Source of the DNA: Azolla caroliniana
Taxonomy: Eukaryota > Plantae > Polypodiophyta
Reading direction: 5' to 3'
Assembly (NCBI GenBank): GCA_043228905.1
Contig: JBHGNT010000022.1
Location: forward strand, 8,184,001-8,248,000
DNA length: 64,000 nt
The first letter of the stretch is position 1. Each line of letters opens with the position of its first letter. Shown here one piece after another: positions 23,251 to 34,629 of the stretch. The notes under the pieces were generated by a model. The model saw nothing but the letters and a program-made list of their open reading frames with translations, was not told where the DNA came from and did not search any database. Made by a program: the position numbers and the translations under genes.

Positions 23251-26200
23251 ATGACTAGACCAACGCACGACTTGGGTACAGACCGAGCTCGACGCCTCGC
23301 CGAACGGCAAAGACGGCGTGAGACTTTCCAGCAAGCAGCGCAGGAAATTCGCTCGGATCGTTCGTTCTCCAACGAGATCCGGAGAGTCGCGGAGGAATCT
23401 CTCCGGTTACGGCAAACTCGCGACCAGGACGACGGAAGCAGTCTAAGTAGTCTCCGGGAAACCGAACGACTCCTGGAGGCGCTGGCAAGCGGAGAAAACG
23501 AGGCAGAAGCCTTTTCAGCCTACGAATCGGATTCCGAAGGGGGATACAGCGTGCACACGAACTACCGGAGCAGCAACGATACCCCCGGCGGGCCGGAAGA
23601 CGACGGGTCGGATACCGGGCCGACTCCAGAACCGGAACCGCTCAACCAGGGCTATCCGGAACCGCAAACGGAAGCCGTCAACCCACCAACACCGGAAGTG
23701 GAAGAAGCAAAGCCACCAACACCAACGAAAGAGCCGGCAAAGGTACCGGAAGAAGAGCCGGAAAAAGAACCGGAGAAAGGACCGGCAGAAGAACCGGAAG
23801 TGGAACCGGAGAAAGAACCGGAAAAATATCAACAAACGCCACTACAGCGCGGCTTAATACTGGACGACGACATGCCGTTCCAATACTCAAAGTACCGCGA
23901 TGATCCGGATGCGGAAGCGCATGTGGATGACTTCGAGCAGACATGGGAAGCAAATCACACGTCCCAGCGAATGACACCGGAGGAAGAAGAACGCTCGAAG
24001 ATAGCGGAATTCGGAGTCACGTTGGAGGGACCAGCGACACGATGGCGGCGGTCGCAGGACCCGACGACCATCACAACATTTGCAGAATTAAAAGCAAAAT
24101 TCTTGCATTTTTCCACAAGGAGGTCGACCAGACGACAATGGTGGGCCTGTTTTATACGATCCGGCAGGAGGCAGGGGAAAGCATTCCCCAATTCGTCATC
24201 CGTTTCCAACGGATGCATAGCCAGCTTGCTCGTGCACCCCCGGAGGAGGAATTACGGACGATATTTTTAAACGCACTCCGGGAACCGTTACGCACGGTGT
24301 GTACGGTGATCGACTTTCGAGGATGCACCATCGATCAGGTCATTGACCGGGTCAGAGAAATGGAAAAGACAAGCTCATGGCTTACGCTGGGAACACTGCA
24401 ACGGGCGTTACCCACCGAGGAAGATCTCCGGTTCCGGCAGGCAATTCAATGCACAATCTGCTTGAATGCCGGACACTCGGCAGTAGAGTGCACCATGCGC
24501 ACTCAGTGTGTGATTTGTCAATCCAAGAGTCATACAACGGACCGGTGCGAGTATAACCTGTTAAACCGACAAGCACCACCCGTCCGACGGATCGAGCCAA
24601 GAAGTAGCCAAGACGAAGATGAAGATCGTTGGCAAAAAATGAACCGGTACCGACCGGCACAAGATGTCCGGTACGGAGACAGGCAAGAGAATGATGGCCG
24701 GTACGGGAATCGGCGTGATAACTACGACCGGTTTGAGCGATCGGACCGTTATCGGGAGCCCAACAGACGACACGAGCAATACGACAGAGACCATTCCCCG
24801 GGTTACCGAAGGCACCAGGAGGACTACGGCCGATTTTACGATCTACCACGACCGGACTACCGAAATAAACATAAGAATAATAAGAAACATAATTTCAAGA
24901 AAGGTGGTCACCCTAGGGACCCGGAACATGGAACCCCAAGGAGCCAACCGGCACAGAACGCACCACTCGCTACGGGACCGACTCCGGCTAACAGCAATGC
25001 TGAATCCAGCAATACCCGTAAAGAGTACTGCTACTACTGCAGGCAGGAAGGCCACTACAGTAACCAGTGCCCGGTAAAGAGCTACGAGAAACGACCAGCA
25101 GTTAATATGGTGGTTCCGGAAGTGGCGGATTTACAGCAAGTAACCACACGGTCGAAAGGCATGGCCAAAGAGTGGGAAACACAAGAGGCCATACGAAAAC
25201 AGGCGACGGAATGGGTGAAGGAAGCCAATGAAAAGAACGTCGCGGACGCGGAACGGCAAAAGGCAAATAGCATAGGGAGTGCCGGCGGTAGCCACCCAGA
25301 AAACGAGACATGGCAAGCACTGCAAGAATGTCAGATCACGTTGCCGTTAGGAAGACTCTTGCAGCTCGTGCCGCGATTTACGGAAGGGCTAAAAACGGGC
25401 ATGACAGACGGCATAGCCCCACCGGCACCAGTCCTCTTCTCGAACCCGGAGGAGGGACCGACGGTGGTGGACACTAGTAGTCCGGTGATCACAGCTATTG
25501 TCAAAGGGCACGAACTTCCCGGCACAGTAATCGATGGAGGTTCCGGAGTGAACGTAATAAGCCTTCGCACGTGTGATGCCTTGGGTATACATGAATGGGA
25601 GCCATGTCCGTTCTGGCTACGGATGGCGGATACGAGCTCTGTACGGCCGACGGGCTTAATACGGAAATTGGAAGTCACCATAGGAGGCCACACATTTCAC
25701 ATCTCGGCTGTAGTGCTGCAGCTACAGGCGCAAGGCGCGTACCCACTGCTGCTGGGCAGACCATGGTTGAAAACAACACACATCAAGCAAAATTGGCGAA
25801 AAAATATGATTACCTTCCGGCGCGGAAAAGCCAAGGTCCGGGTACCGACACAACCACGAACGAGCAACGGTAAGGAATGCACACCGCTGTATGCGGAATG
25901 TGTGAATATGCTTGAAGGATTGGCAGACGACGAAGAAGCCCAGTACTTGGAGGAACATCCGAAGATCGTACCACTCTTCGAGATTGACGTAGCTGAAGCC
26001 GTAGCCGCATACTTGCCGCAGCGGGACGACACCGAAGCCGAACCAGACAAAGATGCGATTCGGGAATTACGGCAAGCACAGGAAGCGTTGGAACGGGAAA
26101 TGGCCGTTTCCCAACGGGTAAAAGCATCCCAGCTCGACGAAGTAAACCTAGGAAGCAAGGACGAATCAAAGCCGGTACACATCGCCAAAGAAATGAAGCC

Positions 26201-29068
26201 GGAAGATAAAGCGGCGATGATCAAACTTCTTACGGAGTTTCGCGACGTATTCGCCTGGTCATACGAGGACATGCGAGGGCTGGACCCTCAATTATATCAG
26301 CATCAGATCCACTTAGGCAAGGACGCGAAACCAGTAGCGCAACGACGATACCGAATGAACCCCAACTACGCCGCCAAAGTAAAAGAGGAAATCGACAAAC
26401 TCCTAAGAGTGGGCTTCATCCGGCCGGTAAAGAAAGCGACGTGGCTGAGCCCCATCGTCGTCGTCCCCAAGAAGAACGGTAAAATCCGTGTGTGTGTTGA
26501 TTACAGGAAACTAAATGCCGCCACAATTACGGATGCCTTCCCTCTTCCGTTTACGGACGGAGTACTGGATGCCGTCGCCGGTCATGAAGTTTATAGCTTT
26601 TTAGACGGGTTCAGCGGGTACAATCAAATCCGGATGCACCCGGACGACCAGGAAAAGACAGCGTTCGTCACCGAATGGGGGGTGTTTGTGGCCGAAGTCA
26701 TGATGTTCGGCCTAAAAACGGCACCAGCAACGTTCCAGCGAATCATCATGGAGATCTTCGGCGAATACATTCCTGCCTTCATGCAAGTTTTCCTGGATGA
26801 TTTTGCAGTTTATAGCCGGGGAAAAGACCATTTGCAGCACCTACGGTTATGCCTTGAAAAGTGTAGGTTATACCGGCTAAGCTTAAACCCAGCAAAATGC
26901 ATCTTTGGGGTTTCAAGTGGAATATTGCTGGGACACATCGTAAGTAAGGAGGGCATTGCGGTCGACCCGGACAAAGTAAACGCCATACTAGGGGCACCGG
27001 CGCCGAAAACGGCCAAAGCACTAAGCCGATTCCTAGGACAAATCCGGTGGCACAGCCGGATGCTCCGTCACTTGGCGGACTTGGCGACACCATTACACAC
27101 CGCGGTACATCGGACACCGTTCCAATGGACGGATACGGAGGATAAGGCATACAATGCCCTGAAGGTACTTTTATCGCAAGCACCCGTCGTGCAGCCTCCG
27201 GATTGGAGCAAGGAATTTCACGTGTTCGTGGACGCGTCCGACATCGCGATTGGCAGCGCCTTAATGCAGCTTACGGAGCCCAAATGGTACCGGCCGGTAT
27301 ATTACGCCAGCCGGAAGCTGTCCCAAGCGGAGAAGAACTATTCAACGACGGAACGGGAGGCCCTCGGCATGATCTACAGTGTCACGAAGTTTCGGCACTA
27401 CCTATTGGGAAGGAAGTTCTCCTTTCATGTGGATCACTCGGCGCTTCTGTACTTAGTGTCCAAGGCGTCCCTAACCGGTAAGTTGGCCCGTTGGACCTTG
27501 TTGTTGCAGGAGTTCGAGTTCGAGATTTTCCACCGGCCCGGTATCCAGCATGCCGTAGCAGACTACCTGAGCCGGTTAGAGTCCGGAGAACCAGGCGACG
27601 GAGTAGCGGATGAATTCCCGGACGCGGAGTTATTCCGTATCACCCCGGAAACGGCAGCGGACGACACGGTGGCATCAGAAGATAAATGGCTGACAAACAT
27701 GCACCAGTTCCTAAGCACGGGCCTGCCACCGGAGGAAATGAACCGGGACGAGAGGAAACGACTGGCGGTGCAGAGCCGCAATTTCTGTCTGTTACGGGAC
27801 ACTCTCTACCACAAAGGAGCAGATGGAATATGGAGACGGGCAGTCCGTAGTGACGAGAGAGAAGTAATCTTACGGGAAGCACACTGTGGGGTTGCCGGAG
27901 GACACTATGCCGGGGAAGCGACGGCAAGAAAGGTATGGCAGAGCGGCTTATGGTGGCCCACGACGCTAAAGGACGCCGTCAAATATGCTAAGGAATGTGA
28001 CCTATGCCAACGAATGGGCCAGCCTACGGAGCAAGCACGGATGCCACACCAACCGGTACTTCCACTAGAGCCATTCCAGAAGTGGGGGTTGGATTTTGTC
28101 GGACCGTTCAAGCCACCGGCAATGAGAACGGGTAATCGTTATGTCATCGTGACAACACCGCGTCATCCACAGCAAAATTCCTGTACGAGAACATTTGGTG
28201 CCGATATGGATGTCCGATTGAACTGATCAGCGACCAAGGAGGGCATTTCCTCGGCCAGGTAGTGGAAAGCTTAACAACGTTCTATGCCGTAGTCCATAAA
28301 AGAAGCACACCGTATTACCCACAGGCGAACGGGTTAGCAGAGTCCACCAACAAAACGCTGCAGAACATTCTCCGCAAAATTGTCAATGAAAACCGGACGG
28401 ACTGGGACACAAAGCTCCATAGTGCGCTATGGGCGTACAGAACGGCATACAAAACGAGTATCCGGACAACGCCGTTCCGGTTAGCATTCGGCTTAGAAGC
28501 GGTCATGCCGGTCGAGTTTCAGGTACCAAGCTTACGGATCCAACTACGGGAACGGCTGAATGAAAAGAAGTCGGAGGAAATACGGCTAGCAGCACTATGC
28601 GAACTGGAGGAGCAACGGCTGGCCAGCATCCTACACATGGAACTGGAGCAACGACGACGGAAAGCGTTCGTTGACCGTCACCGGAAAGGTAATGAGAAGA
28701 TGTTCGAAATCGGAAAGCCGGTGCTAGTATTCCAAACGAGGATGGGCAAGATGCCGGGTAAACTCCGGTTCAGATGGACAGGCCCGTATTGGCTGACACG
28801 GGAATACAACGGGTCCTATCAGATAGGGACACTTGCCGGGGAAGTACTAGGCAAGTGGGTGAATGGATTTCGACTAAAGCCCTATAAAGGACCGATGCCA
28901 AAGAACCCGTTTATGCAGCTCACCGGCACTATACCAGGAACCTGTCCGGGATCGGTACGGATCAATCCGGAAGAAAAAGACGACGGGGAACCCGTAGTAG
29001 AGACGAAGGAAGACACGGCAACCCGTAAGGAAAACGGTCAGGGTCAGAAGGGACCTACGGATGTGTAA
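23251..29068 (+). pseudogene. gag-pol: Gypsy X1 gag-pol (1-nt frameshift near 24110; short deletion in integrase near 28150)
   Basis: Three zinc knuckles, QVTTRSK, VIDGGSGVN (PR), FLDD (RT), FVDASD (RH), HHCC, GLDFVGP, SDQGGHF, PQANGLAE, WTGPY. Confidence 0.95.
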
Positions 29069-29155
29069 GGTCACACACCGTCATTAAAAATTAAAAAAAA
29101 TAAAAATAAAAATAAAAATAAAATAAAATCATTAATAATCGAGGTATGAACGGGT

Positions 29156-32134
29156 GTGAAAGCGAGGCGCGAAAAGGTACGTAGTGGGCATTTAAGAGAC
29201 GCCACGCTACTTAATACTAAATTGGTACACGACGTGTGCATGCTCGAAAAAGGCGCCAAAACGCACAAAGAAGAAGCAGAACGCATGGAGACCTTTTCAT
29301 TTCGCGAGCCAAGAAGCACAGAAGCACCAAGACAGTGGAAGCTGAGCAAACGCGAACCTGCACACAGAGAACCCCCACGCTCAGAACGCTCTCTCTCTCG
29401 CTCTCACTCTCATCACCACTCTACCTCGCCATCTTCCCTCGACCTTGAAGCAGACATGGAACCACAAACGCTGTCGGAAGCGGCCAGAAAATGGTTCAGG
29501 CAAAACGGACTGGAGGGGTTCTTGGCCATCATGGAGGCACCGCCGCACAGAGAAGCCGACCGGGTCATCAAGGAGTTCGCCACAGAGGTCATCACCGAGG
29601 AAGCAATCCGTGCGCTAACAGGCCTTCCGGAGGGAGGAATCTTTCAGATCGATAACCCAACCTCGGAGCAACTCAACCGATATTTCGGTGAGTACTCTGT
29701 TGCCGGCAAAGGCTATCGGACGCAGGGCGGCGAAGATCCGCTATTCAGGGAGATAGCTCGAGTGCTCCATGAGTACGGTCACGTGTACCCCCGACCCCCT
29801 GTCATGCCAAAAAATCGGGCAGGGATGATCATAGCCACCTATGAAGGGGTCAAGGTGGACTGGCCGGTGTTGATTGCAGACGGGTTGTGCATGGCAATCG
29901 ACATGGTACGAGGGAAGGACGGCAAGGAGGGCCGGAAGCTGTGGCACGCCGTAGCTCAATGGATAACATTGCTCGTGCCGCCGGTCGAGACCGTCCAGCC
30001 AAAGAAGCGGCCAAGAGTATCGGAAGGAAGCACCTCGAAGCCGGCATCCAAACGACAGCAGCTGCTGGCGTCGAAGGCGACGAAAGGGAAGAAACGGGCC
30101 CCAGAACCGGAGGAGGTGTCACCGGTCCGACCCGTCAAGATAACCTTACGGAGACCAGGACAGAAGGAACCGGAACCCTTGACGGCACAGAAACATGCCG
30201 TGACACAGGAAGAGGAAACGGAGGAGCCAGAAGAGCACCTCCAACGACGGTCAAGAAGTAGGACCGCCGAGACAGGAGGGGAGCGGTCGTACCCGCGAGA
30301 GGCAGAAACGCCCCCAACTCAACCTGAGCAAACCACAAGGGAAGAACCGGAACCGGTGCGTAGGGAACCGGTCTTGTCGACTTCTATAGAAGAGGTCAGT
30401 CCAACGGCTCCGGAGACGGCGAGAACCGGAACTCAACAGCCGGCGAGCCCAGCCAGAGCACACGGCGGCCAAGGAGTAGAACCAGAACGGCATATGCAGG
30501 CAATCAGGCCAGACAATTCCACAGTGAATGAGCCGACCCGACCAGTACAGCAACAGGGCACCAGTAGCATGTGGCTACGGTGGGTAGGCGAGCAAATCGC
30601 CGGAGTGGTCGAGTATATAGAGGCGGAAGAGAGAGCGCACCAGGAACGGTTGCTCGTCACAACCGTAGATCTAGAGACGGCCCGGTCCAGAATCCGGAGC
30701 CTTGAACAAGACTTGGACAGGGTCACAAGGGAAACACAAGTCCAAGCACCGGTGACTCCGGGCAATGTACAGAATAAAGCGGCAGATCAATCTGTACATA
30801 GCAATCAGACCCCGGCAACAGAAACCGTTCCGGAGAGAAATGCGGCACAAGCCCAAGAGCTTGCGGATTTAAAGGATGAGCTTGCTGCCCAAGAAGCGCT
30901 GAGGAGCCGCGAAAGAGAATTGAAGACGGCAGCGGAGGCAGAACTCAAAAAGGCTGCTGAGAATCTACGCCGGGCCGAGGAGAGCTTACGGAAAGGCCAC
31001 CAAGCGTACAACCGGCTCAAGGAGGAAAAGGAGAAAATGCTGCAAGAGAAGGACAAGCACCGGAGGAACGCCGAAACAGAAGTAGAACGCCTGAAAGAGG
31101 AACTCCGGCAGGTAAAGGACCGGGAGGACCGGAACCATCGCCAGATCAACGGCAAGCTCAAACAAAAAACGGAGGAATTTGAGCAATTGCACCGGGAGTA
31201 TAAACGGTTGCAAACGGAGCACAAGGAACGGACGGATGAGCTCCGGCAAGCAGTTGATCGGAACGCAACCGCATTCGCCAAGGAACAAGCGGAAAACAGA
31301 AGACGGTTGGAAGAGGCGGAGAAGGTTCGGACAGAGCTCCTCAGGCAACAGCAGGCGGAAAAAGAAAGAGCGGCGGAGGTACTGCAGAGGCTGCAAACGA
31401 CATATCAAGGGCAGCTGACGCGCTACAGGGAGCAGGCGGAGGATACGGCAAATCTCATCAAGCAGTTGAAGGAGGAGCGACAAGTGGTGGAAAGCAGAGC
31501 ACAAATGGGAGCAAGTCGCATCCAGGATATAATGCGGGCCTGGTTGAACCAGACCAAGAGCTTGATTGACAACGGTTCCGTCAAATGGTGGACCAAGTGG
31601 GCCACGAACGCGGCGGAACTCCAATTGCTCCGGGCCGACGTAGAGAACCGGCGGAAGGAGGGAGATGATTGCTATATGCTGACTTCCGAAGACTTCACCG
31701 GCATAAGGGATGAGCTTGCCGAAGACTTTCAAGCCTTGGCAGAGGACCAACTAGAGCAAGTCCGGCAACTTGTAGCTCAGCTGGACGACGACAGGCTGGA
31801 GGCGCAGATCCAGTTTGAAAGCTACGAGAGGTCCCGGATCCGGGGAGAGAAAGAACGAGAACCAGTTACGGTCAACCTTAGTGATGAGGAACCGTTACTG
31901 GAAGGAGACCGGACCGGAAGCAGTCAAACGGAGATGCCGGAGCCAGAGAGACAAACGGAGCAGCCGGAGTCAGCGAAGCAAACGGAGCAGCAGCAGCAAG
32001 CAGAGCAGCCGGAGCAACCTCAGTCCCAACCGCAACCACAGCAGAAGCAGCAAGCACAGCCGCAACAACCACAACCGGAAGAACAAGTGGAAATTCTTGA
32101 ACAAAGTAATTTGGACAATTTGGGTGAACAATGA
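29156..32134 (+). CDS. Extra ORF3 of Gypsy X1: PMD/plant-transposon-protein-like N-domain plus long coiled coil
   Basis: Intact 992-codon frame (likely ATG 29456, MEPQTLSEAA); ITEEAIRALTGLP and GVKVDWPVLIADGL motifs; E/K/R/Q heptads; conserved in X2. Confidence 0.85.
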   Translation: MKARREKVRSGHLRDATLLNTKLVHDVCMLEKGAKTHKEEAERMETFSFREPRSTEAPRQWKLSKREPAHREPPRSERSLSRSHSHHHSTSPSSLDLEADMEPQTLSEAARKWFRQNGLEGFLAIMEAPPHREADRVIKEFATEVITEEAIRALTGLPEGGIFQIDNPTSEQLNRYFGEYSVAGKGYRTQGGEDPLFREIARVLHEYGHVYPRPPVMPKNRAGMIIATYEGVKVDWPVLIADGLCMAIDMVRGKDGKEGRKLWHAVAQWITLLVPPVETVQPKKRPRVSEGSTSKPASKRQQLLASKATKGKKRAPEPEEVSPVRPVKITLRRPGQKEPEPLTAQKHAVTQEEETEEPEEHLQRRSRSRTAETGGERSYPREAETPPTQPEQTTREEPEPVRREPVLSTSIEEVSPTAPETARTGTQQPASPARAHGGQGVEPERHMQAIRPDNSTVNEPTRPVQQQGTSSMWLRWVGEQIAGVVEYIEAEERAHQERLLVTTVDLETARSRIRSLEQDLDRVTRETQVQAPVTPGNVQNKAADQSVHSNQTPATETVPERNAAQAQELADLKDELAAQEALRSRERELKTAAEAELKKAAENLRRAEESLRKGHQAYNRLKEEKEKMLQEKDKHRRNAETEVERLKEELRQVKDREDRNHRQINGKLKQKTEEFEQLHREYKRLQTEHKERTDELRQAVDRNATAFAKEQAENRRRLEEAEKVRTELLRQQQAEKERAAEVLQRLQTTYQGQLTRYREQAEDTANLIKQLKEERQVVESRAQMGASRIQDIMRAWLNQTKSLIDNGSVKWWTKWATNAAELQLLRADVENRRKEGDDCYMLTSEDFTGIRDELAEDFQALAEDQLEQVRQLVAQLDDDRLEAQIQFESYERSRIRGEKEREPVTVNLSDEEPLLEGDRTGSSQTEMPEPERQTEQPESAKQTEQQQQAEQPEQPQSQPQPQQKQQAQPQQPQPEEQVEILEQSNLDNLGEQ

Positions 32135-32167
32135 AGGGGCCGAGAAGGGTTCGACGTACAAGGTACT

Positions 32168-32184
32168 GTCCCACGGGCGTGCCA
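32168..32184 (-). promoter_or_regulatory. Inverted second PBS (tRNA-Arg UCU type) at the PPT position
   Basis: Plus GTCCCACGGGCGTGCCA = minus TGGCACGCCCGTGGGAC, 2 nt from the LTR; identical in X2 at 59767-59783. Confidence 0.75.
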
Positions 32185-32611
32185 TGTGTTACCGGCCGGC
32201 AAGGAGTCCAAATTACGGAGTGAAGGAATTAATTAGATATGGTTGTAGATGAGCATAGTGTGGACGGACGGACTGGAAACGGTATGCCGTTCCAGATCCG
32301 GACGGATCCCGAATAGGTGCGAGAGGCACCGTTTTGTACTACGGGCCGGAAACCTATTTAAAGGCCCGGACCCCATTGTAATGACAGCGGATAATTAATA
32401 GAGATTCTGATGTTTATACTTCTGTCTTGATTTCCGTTCTGTAATTACTGTTATATCTTACGCGTGTAATTAACCAAAGCAATCTAATCGTGAAACCTAC
32501 GTAAGTCGGTGTAATCGTTGAATCTTAATCCTATGCCGTAATCACCCTTTGGTGAAGTGTCTCCGGGACACCTTGTGTTAGGCCTTGTCCGGCTAAGAGA
32601 ATAACAATTTC

Positions 32612-34018
32612 CACATCTGAGACTACACTCATTCCATTTGCAAACATAGCTGAAATCTATCTAGGCATGTCAACATCCAAAATAAACATTCTTCCTTGTC
32701 GTTTTCCTTTTGCAATGAGCTTCCCATTCTTTTCTATATAGCATCCACTTTGCTTAAACTTTACTTGCATACCTTGCTCTACTATCTGTCCAACAAAAAT
32801 CAGATTCTTAGCAAGATTTGGAACATGCATTACATTCAACATATACTTAGTCTTTCCTTTTTCTTCCCACAATGGGATATCTCCAACGTGTTCTATTTGG
32901 TGAGTACTATTATCACCCGTCTGTACATAGCTAGGAATCTCTAGTTCTCTTAACCTTTCAAACCAGTTTGCATGTCCAGTCATATGGTTAGATGCCCCCG
33001 AGTCTACATACCATGTAAACTCTTCATTACATTTCTGTGAGCTTTCAGCCACTGCTGCTATCTCATGTTGTACCACAAATGCACCATCTTTTTCACCATC
33101 TTCACTAGTTTGGGCATAGTTATTCTGCTGTCTCTTTCCTCTTTGCTCATCATTTTGCTTCTTGTAACATTCAACCTGTGTGTGGCCTGGTTATCCACAA
33201 TACCAACAGCCATCATCATTTACATATGTTTGCTTACCTCTACCTTGGTTGCTCCCCCTGCCTCTGTTGTTGTTTCTTCCTCTAATGGTTTGTTGTCCTC
33301 TTCCTTGATAACCATTATTGTTGGTTCTTGCTGAGCCAAATCTTCCATGGCCTCTTCCTCGGCCTCTTCCAGCACTATTATATAGGGCTTGCCCCTCATT
33401 CTCAAGATTTCCTTTATTTACATCATCCATCTAATTTCTTTCTTCTACTACAAGAATTGAAACCAGATCTAGAAAACTTGGGATACTATCCCTTGTAAGC
33501 ATAGAGGTCTTAAAGCTTTTGTATTGAGGTCCTAAGCCTCTCAAGCATATTTCTACCTTATCATCATCTTCTATCTTTACATTGATAGAAGCAAGTGATT
33601 CACATATGCTCTTTATTTTCAAAGCATACTCATTTATTGATATCTTACCTTTTTCTAAGGTATTTAGCTCAGTCTTCAACTGTAGCTTTCTAGCTTTTGT
33701 GTTTACTGCAAACAGTTTTACCAAACTGTCCCAAGCTTCTTTTGGGAGCATAACATCCTGTATGTGCCCAAGCATTGAATCTGAGATGCTAAGTGAGAGA
33801 CAATACATTACCTTCCTTGCCCCTTGATTCCAATCTTTGAATGCCTGTGCTGCTGTGGCATTTTCTTCTGGGATCTCCGGAGCCTCTTCTAGGTCTCCTT
33901 CAATGTAATCCTAGTATCCTTTCCCCATCAGGAAATTTGTCATTCTAAATTTCCATGCCGGGAAATTGTTTTTATCTAGTTTCTTTGTAAATATTTGGCC
34001 CGCATTCTCTGCAGCCAT
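32612..34018 (-). pseudogene. gag: Copia gag and protease (several stops)
   Basis: MAAENAGQ..KLDKNNFPAWKFRM, CWYCG*PGH..C knuckle, WYVDSGASNHMT. Confidence 0.92.
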
Positions 34019-34156
34019 TATCTCTTCCAAACGACAGTTTCTGCTACGATTACTTCAACAAGTAACTTTCTGATTCAGATCAGCAAATAGAGAAATACCT
34101 TTCTCAGATCTATGCACTTCTGTACTCTTCTTTATGAGCAACTTGCTCTGATACCA

Positions 34157-34629
34157 TGTTAAGAAAATGTGAAGAAAGCACTCGGGCTCTTCTTATGTGT
34201 GTAGCGGATCGTGGTGTGTTGGATCATTTGGTGCTCAAACACAAAAGGGAAGGGGGAAGGAGACTTACCTCTGTAGCAGCCAAAAACTTCTTCTATTTCA
34301 TTACACGCAGAGCTCTACTTGCTCTCGTCTATTTCTCTCTTCTACTCTCACTCTCTGAGTTCTACCTCTCTATCTTCACTCTCTCACTCTCAGAGTTCTA
34401 CTTCATGTATATTTCTTACTTGCCTACTCTCTTACTTTTTACCTAAGTAATAAGTTACTTACATATGCAGCTAATTAGCTAGCTGCCTGTAGCTAATTAG
34501 ATGTCAGTCGCTAAATAGCTGTCAGTAGCTAATTAGCTGTTTCTCCTTTATGTTCACAAGTAGCTAAATAACTACTATAGCTTATTTCCCAATAAGCATC
34601 ACATACCATGTTGAGCTTGCTTCTCAACA
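34157..34629 (-). repeat. 5' LTR of the Copia
   Basis: Adjacent to the iMet PBS; repeat of 19374-19824. Confidence 0.93.

Larger units (their letters stand above)
22780..32606 (+). mobile_element. Ty3/Gypsy non-chromovirus X1 with an extra 3' ORF, TSD ATTTC
   Basis: 420-bp LTRs at 22780-23199 and 32187-32606 (no difference seen by eye); TSD at 22775-22779 and 32607-32611; gag-PR-RT-RH-INT, no chromodomain. Confidence 0.96.
19374..34629 (-). mobile_element. Ty1/Copia, full length, interrupted by Gypsy X1
   Basis: LTRs at 34157-34629 (5') and 19374-19824 (3'); PBS TGGTATCAGAGC at 34145-34156; PPT GAGGGGGAG at 19825-19833; TSD GGGGT/GTGGT (1 mismatch). Confidence 0.95.

Noticed and set aside
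24100-24120. Programmed frameshift in X1 gag
   Set aside because: It lies mid-capsid in a T run, and X2 reads HFF in frame at the same place; it is a lesion or sequencing error.
29156-32134. env gene
   Set aside because: It sits at the env position, but no signal peptide or transmembrane segment is visible and the protein is highly charged coiled coil.
32132-32149. Canonical PPT of X1
   Set aside because: It is about 38 nt from the LTR, interrupted by CC, and not conserved in X2.
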